In this document: piece after piece, positions 11,643 to 23,898 of the stretch
Position numbering within the stretch: the first letter of the stretch is position 1
How the letters are laid out: each line of letters begins with the position of its first letter
DNA from: Mobula birostris
Taxonomy: Eukaryota
Length of the DNA stretch: 64,000 nucleotides
Assembly: GCF_030028105.1 (NCBI RefSeq)
Contig: NC_092398.1
Coordinates: forward strand, 28,552,424 to 28,616,423
Reading direction: 5' to 3'
Notes under the pieces: model-generated
The model's input: the letters and a program-made list of their open reading frames with translations, nothing else
What the model was told of the DNA's origin: nothing
Database searches by the model: none
Program-made: the position numbers and the translations under genes

Positions 11643-12129
11643 GTAAGATAGTTTAAAATTTACGATCATGTGTACGTCAAAACACCTCGTGTGCATTAAC
11701 CACCAATACACCCCAGTGCGTGCTGGGGGTAGCCCGCCAGGTTCGCCACACAATCCGCTGCCAAGATAGCACGCCTACAATACTCCAGCGGACCCGGACA
11801 CCATCGGGCTTTGACCTCTCCAATGGACTCACAGATTTGGCTCCTGCGGACAGGCCTTGATTTTCGAACCCCGACCCTCGACCCTGGGACTCGCTGATCA
11901 CCGAACACCTGGCCTTGAAATCCAGACTCGCCAATGATGGGACCTCGAACTCCGCACCACGTCTGCGTCGCTGGTCTTCGAGCTTCACATCAGTAGATAG
12001 ATCAAACACAGCACCATTGACCCAACTTCTCCCCACCCATCAAAGGGCCAAAATCAATGCAGACCCCCTTGGTGGCCTTTGGTCCCTATCCCTGGAAAGC
12101 TTTCCTAGCTAAACTTAGCTGTTCATTCA

Positions 12130-12825
12130 GGGCCTCGAGCAGTCCCTGCAGGTGAGGCAACACCTCACCTGCAAATCTTCTGGGGTCATTCCGCTGTGTC
12201 TGGGCCTCCTTGATGTTGGTGAGACCCGCCATAAATTGTGGGGTCAGCTTCATCGAGTACCTCCGCACCATCCGCCACCAGTGGGATTTCCCGGTGGCTA
12301 AACGTTATAATCCCGATTCCCGTTCTGACGCGTCTGTCCGTGGCCTCCTCTTAGCAGGGTGAGGTCACCCTCAGGGCGGAGGAACACCACCTTATATTCC
12401 ATCAGGGTAGCCTCTAACCTGATGGCATAAATACCGATTTCCCCTTCTGGTGAACAAATTTCTACCCTTCCCCTTCTCTATTCCCCACTGACCTCTCACT
12501 TCTTCTGACCTGCCTATTAATTCCCCCATTTCCCCTCCTCCTTCCTTTTCTCCAATTGTTCACTCACCTCTCCTATTCGATTCTTTCTCCAGCCCTTTCC
12601 CACTCACCTGGCTTCACCTATCACCTTCCAGCTAGCCTCTTATCCCATTCCCCCCCCCAACATTTTTATTCTGGCATCTTCCCCCTTCCTTCTCAGACCT
12701 GGTGAAGGGTCTCAGCCTGAAACGTCGACTGTTTAGTCTTTTCCATCGTTGCTGCCTGATTTGCTGAGTTCCTCAGTTTTGTGTGTGTGTTGCTTTGGAT
12801 TTCTAGCATCTGCAGACTTTGATGC
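12130..12825 (+). mobile_element. Penelope-like element 3' fragment (GIY-YIG remnant and end)
   Basis: Degenerate GIY-YIG region (TGCAAATC...GTTGGTGAGACC...TTCATCGAGTACCTCCG) and a decayed hammerhead block at 12695-12730. Confidence 0.7.
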
Positions 12826-15781
12826 GTTAGCTTACTTACTGTCCGTTACTCCGCTGGCATCTGGGGCAGCAATGACGGTCCTCCACCTCTGGAGTTCAAG
12901 CCTTCCCTTCATCGTGTCAGTAGCTCCCTCTCGGTTTTCACTGCTGTCACTGTCACGCAAGTCCTGGGCGTTGACACAGGAACACCGCCGGACTCAGATG
13001 CAGAAACATTCTTCATTGCTGTTTCCTTAACGATTTTGTTTAACCAGTCAACCCTGAGCTGAACCCCCCCGAACCCGGAGGGCCAGTGGACCAGTCTTGG
13101 TCTGGGCTCTACCCTTTGACCTTACCAAATGTCACGGTGGTCGGATATGGCCCAAGTGCGGAGAGCGAGAGATACTGAAGCGAGTCCACAGAACCATAAA
13201 TCATAGGAGCAGAATTAGGCCATTTGGCCCATTGAATCAGCTCCACCATTCAATCATGGCTGGTCCTTTCTTTTTAATCTCCCCCTCAACCCCAGTTCCC
13301 AGCCTTCTCCCCATAACCTTTGATGCTATGTCTAATCAAGAACCGATCAATCTCTGGCCAATGACTTGGCCTCCACAGCTGCCTGTGGCAACAAATTCCA
13401 CAAATTCACCACCCTCTGCCTAAAGAAATTTCTCCCCATCTGTGTTTCGAAAGGGCGCCCCTCTTTCCTGAGGCTGTGCCCTCTTGTCCTAGATTCTCCT
13501 ACCACGAGAAACATCCTTTCCACATCTACTTCGTCAAGGTCTTTCAACATTCGAAAGGTTTCAATGAGATTCCCCCTTCATCCTTCTGAATTCCAGCGAG
13601 TACAGACCCAGAGCCACCAAACGTTCCTCATAGATAACTCTTTCATTCCTGGAATCATCCTTGTGAAACTCATCTGGACCCTCTCCGAAGATGAGGGGCC
13701 CTAAGATGAGGCAGCCAAACGTTGCTGTGCTTTGCTCAAGTCTCGATATGCGCTACGAACAAAAGGATACTGTCACAATGAAATAATAATTAGCTGACAC
13801 GTGCACATTCGCAGGGCAATTGCCGAATCCGCTGCGCTGCCGATTCAGTGGTTGTGACACCAAGAGCCAAAGCACAAAGCCCTGACGCCAGCCAGCCATT
13901 GCTCTCTGGGTCATGGAGGCATAGCCCCCAAACCCAAAGGCAAGGCTGTGGACCTCTTGCAGGTTTGCACTGATCCAAACTTCTTTTGAATCTCCGGTTA
14001 GTACTTTAGTAATAAAATGACTTTGAACATTGTTATTGTACCTGCCTCAGGCACATACGTGCTCTGCACACAGAAGTTGAATGATAGCACCTTGTAAATT
14101 TTCAAGTCTTCCCTTAAAGCCTCTACCCTCCGGATTCAAGTTCCCAAAGATGGTGTGTGTTCAGCCCATCTTCGATCCTCATGATTTTCTAGTGTACATC
14201 TATAAATTCATTCCTCTAACTTCTGCGTTTCATAGAAACATAGAAATCTACGGCCCACAATGTCGAGCCGACCATATGACCCACTCTAGAAGCTGCCTAG
14301 AATTTCCCTACCGCACAGCCCTCTATTTTTCCAAGCTCCATGTACCTAACTACCTTTTCAGGGTGGAAAGTTTTGGCCCACCCAGCCTGTCCTCAAGTCC
14401 TGGCAGCATTCTCACATTTCTTCCCCTCGCTCCTTCCGGTTTAATTGCGTCTTCCCTAGGGCGCGTCAGCGAAGTAACCGGGAGGCACGTTAGCGCAGCC
14501 GTTTTAGAGCGCCAGCAATCGCCGATCGGGGTTCGATTCCCACCGCCGTCTGTAAGGAGTTTGTACGCTCCCCGATGACCACGTGGGTTTCCTACGGGTG
14601 CTCCGGTTTGCCCAACGTTCCAACGGTGTGCGGGTTACGGGCGTGTTACTTAGGCACCGGCAACGTGGCGTCCCCAGCAGGCTTCTCACCAATTTGATGC
14701 AAAAATGCGTGATAATCTATTTAATTAAAAAAAACTTCAGCTCCGTACAACACAGTGTGGCAAAGCGAGTCAGGGGAAAATGAGGTTTGAGGTTCGCATG
14801 GAGAAATTGTAAAACAAGTTTTGGAAGAAATCTCCTTTAGAGTCCTACAGCACAGAAACTGGCCTTATGGCTCAGATTTATTATATGCTCACCGGAACAG
14901 AATGAGGCCATTCGGCCCGTCGAGTCTGCTCCACCACCCCACCATGGCTGATTTATTATCCCTCTCAACCCTGTTCTAGAGTGATGTCCTCCTATTCTGA
15001 GGCTGTGCCCTCTATCCCGAGACAGTCTGACTATTGGAAACATCCTCCCCCACGCCCTCTCTATCTGGACCTTTCAACGTCTTTGATAGACGGCAGGCCC
15101 AGGGGCCGCCAAACGCTCCTCATCCATTAACCCTTTCATTGCCGGGATCCCGAGACCGTTTCGGGGCGGTAGTACAGTTCAATACGTAAAGTGCGGTGTA
15201 GTTATCTCCTTTGGCTGTATTCATGTTTGTGTTTGAACGGCTTTAAACAGTAGTATTAAAGAAGGGAGCAAAATCGGGATAGTTGAGACGTCTCAACTGT
15301 GTACAGACTTTATATACAATTTTAATATTGTCCCATTCAGCTCTAAATATTTAATCTCTGTGGGGGATTTCTTACTCCTGTAATGTATGGATCTATTTCT
15401 TTTAGAGCAATGATTCCCTCCCTCCCCCGCGCTGCAACGTGAATACACTAGTTCAAGTCATCTCCCTCGGACGTGCTTTTGTTTGATATGTAGTCGTGCA
15501 CAGACACGAGTAGAATCTGAATGTCAGAGAATATCGCGAACTGGACTAACAGTTACGGGACGAAACAGCGCAAGAAGTCCGTCACAGACACTAACAAACG
15601 CGTGACAGTGAAGGACGCGCTGAGTTTAAAGTGAAAATAACGTGACGATGGCTTCAGCCGGGAGAATTGATGAATTTGATCTCGCTAATGAGGCCGGGGG
15701 TCGTATATCGAGAGGGCTGAAACGCGAACAGCGTGGAGGAGCAAAAGAAAGCCCCTGCGCTTCTTTCTTAATGGGCCCAAG

Positions 15782-18700
15782 CAGGGGTGCAGTGCTAATT
15801 TTTTAGGTGCCGGAGCTGGCAAAATGCTTGCCTTTTCCTACATCCTCTCTCTGTATATGTCACACCCAATTTGTGTACCTGCTCATTTCATGTACTGGGC
15901 AACTTCCTGACCCCATTCATGTAATGAGCAGGTACACAAATTGGGTGTGACATATATATATGAATGGGGCTTCTTATAATGTCAAGCACTAAACCAAGAT
16001 GAAAGAAATAAATGATTTCCAGAGCTCCACAGAAATATAGTGATAGTTAAGACATTAACAAGATTATAGCCTATCATTACATTTCAGTGTACAACTGGTA
16101 CAAGAAAGCATATAATCCTTAATTTAATAATATGACAAAGTACTGCATGGTTGCACTCACTAATTATCATAAAATATAATTATCAAGCAAGTAAAGAAAA
16201 AGATGGTAATCATGTGTTTTACCAATTTAAAAGTAATTACCTACTTACCAAATGCCACCAATGAGAAGTTTCACAATAATTTCCACAAAAGGTCAGGAGT
16301 AATATGTGGTTGGAGGTCTGAAACATCTCTTGTCCTGGTGTCATCTGCTGATCTGTGGTACCGCAGCCATGTTGTGACATACGGCTCAGGATTCCACTGA
16401 ACTAGAGGAGGTCCGTGTAGTTTAACAAACATAAGTGATGATACATGATTTATGAAAATTCTTGGGCGTGTTGTTATTATCAAGTTCATGTGACTGAATC
16501 CTCTCTCACACTCAGCCGTACTAATAGGAATAACTTGTGAACAGCTCAGTAATGGGCGTAAATCTTGGGGGATGTGGCATCCACGATCCTCCACATAATC
16601 TCTGAAGGCATTTATTACAGAGGAAGAAGAACGCTTAAACCTCTTACAGAGAGAAGATATTGCAGCTTCTCCATAATCAGGGTTCCAGCCCGAAACATTG
16701 ACTGACCTTTTCCACGGATGCTGCCCGACCTGCTGAGTTCCTCCAGCGTGTTGTGAGTGTTCCATAATCAAGTGGTATTTCAGCAGGCCAGTTATCTTTA
16801 TCAAGGACACACATTTCATTTATCAGGGATTTATACATACTTTGAGGTTTAGAAGTTTGAGAACCTTTCAAGGATGTTGCCGTGAACATACAGTGCTGCA
16901 AATTGTTTATAAGACTAGTAAGAAACTGTAGATAATTAATGGAGACAATTTTGTTGTTGCTTGTTAAGGGAATTTCTCCAAACTTCCCCTTTTCAACTGT
17001 CTCTTGAGCTTCTAGAGTTTTTGTACCAGGTTTCTCTTTCAGTCCATGCAGTGGTCTTATGCTCTGTTAGATCAATTTGTCTGCATAAACAATCATAGTA
17101 GTGCGTTTCTGTAAACACTCTGACAGTAAACCAAGTTCATACAATGTGTCATACATTAGAGCTAAGTCCAATAGAAACTGTCCTGAAGGGAGTCTTTTCA
17201 ACAGACCTTCATAAGTTTTTCTGTCTCTCCCAGATCTTGTTTCATCCTTCATTGCTTTTCCAAAATGAAAACACAGTGCTTCATAATTTTGCCACACTGC
17301 TGAAACTGTTCAAAATGAGCTAGCTACCCACCTGGTGCCCAGAACACGGCCTATTTTGCAAATTTGTTGTTGTAGTTGAGAGACACATTCAGATAGTTCC
17401 TTTTGATTTAGACGTGATCTCCTGTAAACAGAGTACAATTTGTCCGTAAATGATTGAAAATGATTTATTCCATGAACCTCTGTCACCGAATCACCTACTG
17501 CAAGTTCTAATCTGTGATTAAGACAGTGCCAAATTATCACATCAGGGTAATGTTCCCTGAGGATTGTAGCAACACCAGATTTGACGCCAAGCATTACACT
17601 TGCCCCATCACTAGCAAATGCTACAAGGTTCTGTTTCAAGTAAGAGTCATGAAACCCATGGTTATTGAGACAGTTCAATAGATGCTAATCAATAATTGCA
17701 GTTTTCTGATCAGGCAGTTCAATTAGATCTGAAAACATAAAATGGGGATCACCTTGCTTATCACTTTCACATTTCAAATAAATTATTAGGGCAGTCTTAA
17801 TGCTCAGGCTTGTTGATTCATCAATGAGAACAGAAAATTTGCCATTTATCTGCTTGATATGCTGGCAAATTTTCTTATTCATATTAATGGCTATGTGATT
17901 ATCTCTGTAGCACTATTGCGGTAATGCAGTCTAATTCCAATGTCAATACCATTTTTTTTTGAAATTCCAATAAGCCAAAGTGATCAGAGTATGGTCTGTC
18001 ATTCTGGGCTGAATGATATGCAGAACGAAAAATTGAACAAGTTGCCTTTAGAGTTTCATTGTACCTATGTATAATGACAATAAAGATCATTCAATTCAAT
18101 TCAATAGATGCGAAGCATTCATGGTGTCACATAATTTTCCAAGAGCATCTTCACTAGCTATATTTTCAACACTTAGAGCAGCAGTGTGAGCTTTTGATAG
18201 TTTGTCATCAACAATTTTTTTTCTGAGCGACTTCAAGCATGTACTTCAATCAGCCCCCATAATAGGATACTTGGTACATCTGCTGTTCATTTGACAGCCT
18301 CAAACTCTTAGAAGTGAAAAGTGTCTGATTGCGTTTGTTTGCACATAGTTTACACCCAAGTTTATCATCCCTGAAGTCTAACGAAGGATAAGTTTCCTTC
18401 TTTTTCTTCCACATTTCTTCAGTCCAAACATCTGAACGGGGATACAAGCCTGACTTCGAAGGACCATTACTTTCAGAACTACATTTGGACCCGGTTAGAA
18501 AATTCGAACTAGAAGCAGGCAAAACGCAGCTTTTGTCACTTTTACTTTTATCAGTCTCTTGTACGTTATTCTTGTTACACTCCTCAGCTTGTTTACGAAA
18601 GAAAGAAGTTAACGTTGTTTGCTTAGAAACCATAGGGTTGTTAATGAGAAAAATTTACTTTTGTATTAGCAAGTAATCCATGGACCACCACAGATGTAGC

Positions 18701-19917
18701 CTTACTAAGTATAAGTATTTTTTCACGCATAATTTTGCCATCAACAGGGATATGCTTCTGTGATGTGTCCTCTAGCCACACACTTAATGCTTTCTCATTC
18801 TTTGCAAGCACTTTATCACGAACCAGAGAGATCATTTTTGGCCTTGTAGGGGTAGCACTAACACTTCCACGAATTTCAGCTTCTTTCTGCTTTATTGTGC
18901 GAAAGCTCGATTCATTCTCACCGACCTTACTGCCCACTTCAGCAAACGACGTGCCACTTTTCAAAAGATCCAAGATTTTTATTTTCTCGGTGAACAATGC
19001 TCAAACAGTGAGTGTTGGACAGAGACTGAGGATCTGTGAAATGGCGGGAGGCTACAGCAGGGTATGCTAGGAGAACGGGTCGATGAGGAGGAATTTCACA
19101 AATACCTAAAGAAAAAACTGTCACAGCTCCAGGATTTCACCAAAAACGATCAAATAGGAACAACACCTTATATTCCATCTGGGTAGCCACCAACCTGATG
19201 GCATGAATATTGACTTCTCTAACTTCTGTTAATGCCCCTCCTCCCCTTCACCCGCCGTCCCTTATTTATCTATCTATCTATCTATTTATTTATTTATTTA
19301 TTTACTATTTTAAATATATTTTATTTTTTCCCCTTTTATTTTCTCTCTCTCTTTTTTCTCCCTCTCACTATAACTCCTTGCCTGCTCTCCACCCTACTGG
19401 CTCCCCTTCCCACTTTTCTTTCTCCCCAGGCTTCCTGTCCCATGACCCTCTCCCTTCTCCAGCCTGGTATCCCTTTTGCCAGTCAACTTTCCAGCTCTTA
19501 GATCCACCCCTCCCCTCCTGTCTTCTCCTATCATTTTGGATCTCCCCCTCCCCCTCCCACTTTCAAATTTCTTACTATCTCTTCTTTCCGTTAGTCCTGA
19601 CGAAGGGTCCCGGTCTGAAACGTCGATTGTACCTCTTCCTATAGATGCTGCCTGGCCCGCTTTGTTCCACCAGCATTTTGTGTGTGTTGCTTGAATTTCC
19701 AGCACCTGCAGATTTCCTCGTGTCTGCAAATATCCTAATGTTATTAGTGGTACTTTCCCCACCAGCCACCACCCCCTCTCCCCAACCCCCACTTCCGTAA
19801 AATTCCCTCTATTTAATATGTGGCTGCTGTTAAATTCCCCACTTGTTTATTTTGACTTTTTTTTTTCAGAGGTGCCAGAACAGTGCTCAGGTGAGCTCTG
19901 GCAGCACTGCACCCCTG
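15782..19917 (-). mobile_element. hAT transposon with decayed ZNF862-like transposase
   Basis: Perfect 15-bp TIR CAGGGGTGCAGTGCT / AGCACTGCACCCCTG and perfect 8-bp TSD GGCCCAAG (15774-15781, 19918-19925). Fragments include IDESTS, FASDGASVMLG, WHCLNHRLEL, TRWVAS and STAECERGFS. Confidence 0.92.
18640..19120 (-). mobile_element. Tigger/pogo transposase N-terminal fragment nested in the hAT
   Basis: EKIKILDLLKSGTSFAEVG...NESSFRTIK...EKALSVWLED...VDGKIMREK are CENP-B-type HTH motifs. Confidence 0.85.
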
Positions 19918-20365
19918 GGCCCAAGGGTGTACGGTCTGTTACACAGTTTACTAACTCCTGCAAAGCCAGCAAGCAAGACGTTTGACGAAATTACAATTTT
20001 ACAAAATCACTTGAGCCTTAAACCACTGGTAATAGCTGAGAGATTTAGATTTTACAAAAGGACCCAGTCAAAAGATGAAAGCCTTTCTGAATACATTGCA
20101 GAACTGCACAAACTTTCCCAGTACTGTGACTTTAGAGAGGGACTTTCTGATGCATCAAGGGTCAGGCTTGTATGTGGCAGGCATGGTCAAAGCACCCAAA
20201 TGGGGCTACTGGCAGAAATGGACCTACCCTCAGGACAGGTATTGACCATTGCGATACCTTTAGAGACCGCAGCAAAGGAGTTTAGAATGTAAAATGCTTA
20301 AAATGTCCTTGAAATGTGCAGAAAGCCAGAATTGTTATCAATGTGGCAAATCCTCCCATGATACA

Positions 20366-21700
20366 CACACAAAATGCTGGAGGAGCTCAGCAGCCCAGGC
20401 AGTAACTACAGAAAAGAATACAGTCGATGAGGCGTCAGAGGAAGAAAGTGGAGGGAGGGCAGGAAGACATACAAGGTGATAGGTGAAACTGGGCTGGTTG
20501 GGGTGGGGGGGAATGAAACAGAAGGTGATAGATGAAACCGGAAGTGAGGTGGGGTGGTGAAGTAAGGAGCTGGGAAGTTGGTTGGTGGAGGAGGTACAGG
20601 ACTGGAGAAAGGGAAATCTGACGGGAGAGGACAGAAGACCATGGAAGAAAGAAAAGAGGGAGGAGCACCAGAGGGAGGTGATAAGCAGGTAAGGAGGTGA
20701 GATGGGAAAGGGAAATGGGAATGGAAAATAGTGGTGAGGAAGTCTGAGAAATCGATATTCATGCCATCAGGTTGGAGGCTACCCAGATGGAATATAAGGT
20801 GTTCCCCCTCACTGTAACAGTAGAGGAGGCCATGGAATGACATGATGGACAGGGAAGTGGAGTTAAAAATGGGTGGCCACTGGGAAATCCTGGCTTTTTC
20901 TGGCAGAGGGAGGTGCTTGGCAAAGCGGTCTCCCAACCTGCGGCAGGTCTCACCAATGTAAAGGAGGCCACACCGGGAGAACTGCATACGGTAGATTGAC
21001 CCCAAAAGACAGAGGTGAAGTGTTGCCTCATCTGCAAGGACTGTTTGGGACCTTGGGTGGTAGGGAGGGAGGAGGTGTAGGGGCGGGTGTAGCACTCATT
21101 CCACTTGCAAGGATAAGTGCCAGGTGGGAGATCAGTGGGGAGGGGCAAATGGACAAAAGAGTTGCATAGGAAATGATCCCTGCGAAAGCAGAAAGTGGGT
21201 GGGGGGAGGGAAAGAGGTGCTTGTTGGTGGGATCCCGTTGGAGATGGCGGAAGTTATGGTGAATTACGTGCTGGATATGGAGGCTGGTGGGGTGGTAGGT
21301 GAGGACAAGAGGAACCTATCCCTGGTAGGGTGGGGTGAGGGCAGATGTGTGCAAAATGGTGGAGGAAAGGAAGCCCCTTATTTTGAAGAAGGAGGTCACC
21401 TTTGTTCTGGGATAAAAAGCTTCATCCCGAGAGCAGATGTGGCGGAGAAGAGGAACTGAGAGAAGGGGAAGGCATTTTTACAAGTAACAGGGTGGGAAGA
21501 GGGATTGTCCATGTAGCTGTCAAGAGTCAGGGGGTTTATAGTCGGTATCAGTAGATAAGCTGTCTTAAGAGATATGGACAGAGGGAAATGGATGAGGTAA
21601 ATTCGAGGGCAGGGTGGAAGTGGAGGCGAAGTTGATGAAGTCAATGACCTCAGCACAGGTGCAGGAAGCAGTACCAATGCAGTCATCGATGTAGTGTAGG
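20366..21700 (-). mobile_element. Penelope-like element (RT C-terminus, GIY-YIG endonuclease, end)
   Basis: CSRCGLLYIGETCRRLGDRFAKHL is a GIY-YIG motif; NAFPFSQFL is a PLE thumb-region motif. Confidence 0.85.
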
Positions 21701-21876
21701 AAAAGTTGGGGAGTAAAAGTTTCTCTTTGCATCATCTCTGTTGTAATAACGAGACTTTTGATTTGTGTTAGGGAGAATACGTCAAGAGGAGTGTCCTTTT
21801 TTGTAAATTTTTCTGGAACTTCTGAGAAAATTAAAGAAATTTGGCCTGTCCCCTAAAACCCTCACTAATCTTTATA

Positions 21877-22410
21877 GATGCACCGTAGAAAGCATTCTTC
21901 TAGGGTGCATCACAACCTGGTATGGAAGTTGTCCTGTCCAAGACCGAAAGAAGCTGCAGAAGATCGTGAACACGGCGCAGCACATCACGCAAACCAATCT
22001 TCCGTCCTTGGACTCACTTTACACCGCACGCTGTCGGAGCAGTGCTGCCAAGATAATCAAGGACACAACCCACCCAGCCAACAAACTTTTCATCCCTCTT
22101 CCCTCCGGGAGAAGGCTCAGGAGCTTGAAGACTCGTACGGCCAGATTTGGGAACAGCTTCTTTCTAACTGTGATAAGACTGCTGAACGGATCCTGACCCG
22201 GATCTGGGCCATACCCCCCAAATATCCGGACCCGCCTCTCGTTTTTTTTTGCACTACCTTACTTTCCATTTTTCTGTTTTCTATTTATGATTTATAATTT
22301 AAATTTTTGATATTTACTATCGATTTGTAATTCAGGGAGCGGGAAGCGCAGAATCAAATATCGCCGTGATGATTGTACGTTCTAGTATCAATTGTTTGGC
22401 GACAATAAAA
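21877..22410 (+). mobile_element. Rex1/Babar-type LINE 3' end
   Basis: Near-identical to 54280-54830 (ESILLGCITTWYGSC...RFGNSFF). Confidence 0.75.
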
Positions 22411-22419
22411 TATAAAGTA

Positions 22420-23898
22420 TACTTCCTTTTCCAAGGGTAAAGGGGACAATCCATGATTAGTCATCCTCTTGAATTCGATCTTGCAACTGTGTCCTCCAAG
22501 AAACAGGGCCCATCTCTGCATTTGTGCTGCTGCTGGTGGAACACCCTCGATGATCAGTAACCAGGGTAAACCCTCTCCCATACAAATGTTGAAATGTTTC
22601 ACACCTCAAAGCAGATTCAAGGCCCCTCTGTCAATCTGTGTGCAATTTTTCTCTGCACCTATACCAAAAGGCAAGGCACCACAGGCAAGATTCACTGGAC
22701 TACGTGGATTGTAATGTGTGACTACAGTGTCTGACGCTACCATTTCCTTTAGCTTTTTGAAAGCAACCAGACACTGTTTCCTGCAGGAATGAGTTGGAAG
22801 GGTGGAACACAATAGCCAGGTTTGGCAGGAACCAGTTACTGTAGTTGACGAATCCTGAAAGGACGGAAGCTGTGACACATCCTTTCACCTTGGGGCATTC
22901 TCCACTGCTTCAATTTTCTCAGCACACTTGTGCAATCTTAGAGTGTCAGTGCTTGACTGCAGTAAGTGATGCTTGGTTTAAAAAATTCGTGCTTGTCGCA
23001 CCGTGCTCTGAGCCCATAATCTTCTAATCTTTTTAACACTCTCTTCAGGATTTGGACATGTTCCTGTTATACTTACCGGTAACAATGATGTCATCCAGGT
23101 AACACCGAGTGCTTGGAAAACCTTGCAGTATCTGGTTCATAGCTCTCTGCCAGAGTGCAGCTGCAGATGGCACTCCAAAAATAAGCCTATTATAGTGATA
23201 AAGCCCTTTGTGAGAGTTTATGCTGAGAAAGACTTTGGAGTCATCTTCTATCTCTGTCTGCAGGTAGGCCTCAGCTAAGTCCACTTTGCTGAAGTGTTTT
23301 CCTCTAGAAGGGTTTGTAAAGATATCCTCCATCCTAGGCAGAGGGTATTGATCTACTTTCAGTTCTTGGTTGATGGTGACCTTAAAATCACCACAGATCC
23401 TGACAGACCCATTATTCTTGTCTACTCGGACCACTAGCGTTGCCATGGGCTCCACTCAACCTTGGAAGGAATTCCTTCAGCATCCATGTGATCCAGTTCA
23501 CTGGTGCTTCATCACGGATGGTAGAAGCAAGTGGACGGGCCTTGCAAAACTTGGGCGTGACATTTTCATTTAACACCATTTTACCCTTGATATGTTTGAG
23601 TTTTCCAATCCCATCCTTGTCACCAATGTTATGCTTTGTATCTTCAAAGCCTTAAACTAATTGAAAGAAAGACATGCGCGTCTAACTTCGAGTTTACTTC
23701 AATCAAGGCACGCGTGAACCATGTGGTAGCGTGATTGCGCATGCAGTTAGCGTATTTATACATGAAACAGTCTGGTTTCCTCAGTCTAAGCAAGACAATC
23801 TCCGGCCCCGTCAAATGTCTGCGACTGAGTCACGAGCCCACCCCGTAACTTCCTGTTCATGGGGGGGTGGATGCTGTGTAATTCATTACCCTGTCACA
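22420..23898 (-). mobile_element. Internally deleted Gypsy element: LTR, tRNA-Ser-type PBS, RT and RNase H remnants
   Basis: LTR TGTGACA...ATAACA (23898..23627) with TATAAA; PBS TGGTGACAAGGATGGGAT (23625..23608). Followed directly by PKFCKARP, RICGDFKVTIN, YPLPR, CYLDDII and RMQRWALFL. Confidence 0.85.

Larger units (their letters stand above)
15197..20365 (+). mobile_element. Gypsy LTR retrotransposon remnant (LTR-like segment and gag), split by a hAT insertion
   Basis: gag starts MASAGRIDEFDLANE..SYIER at ~15647 and resumes after 19917 as GPRVYGLLHSLLTPAKP...IAERFRFYKRTQ...CYQCGKSSH. The left boundary is approximate. Confidence 0.75.

Noticed and set aside
16271-18633. Host ZNF862 gene
   Set aside because: Multiple stops and frameshifts, and enclosed by TIRs with an 8-bp TSD, so it is a dead transposon rather than a domesticated gene.
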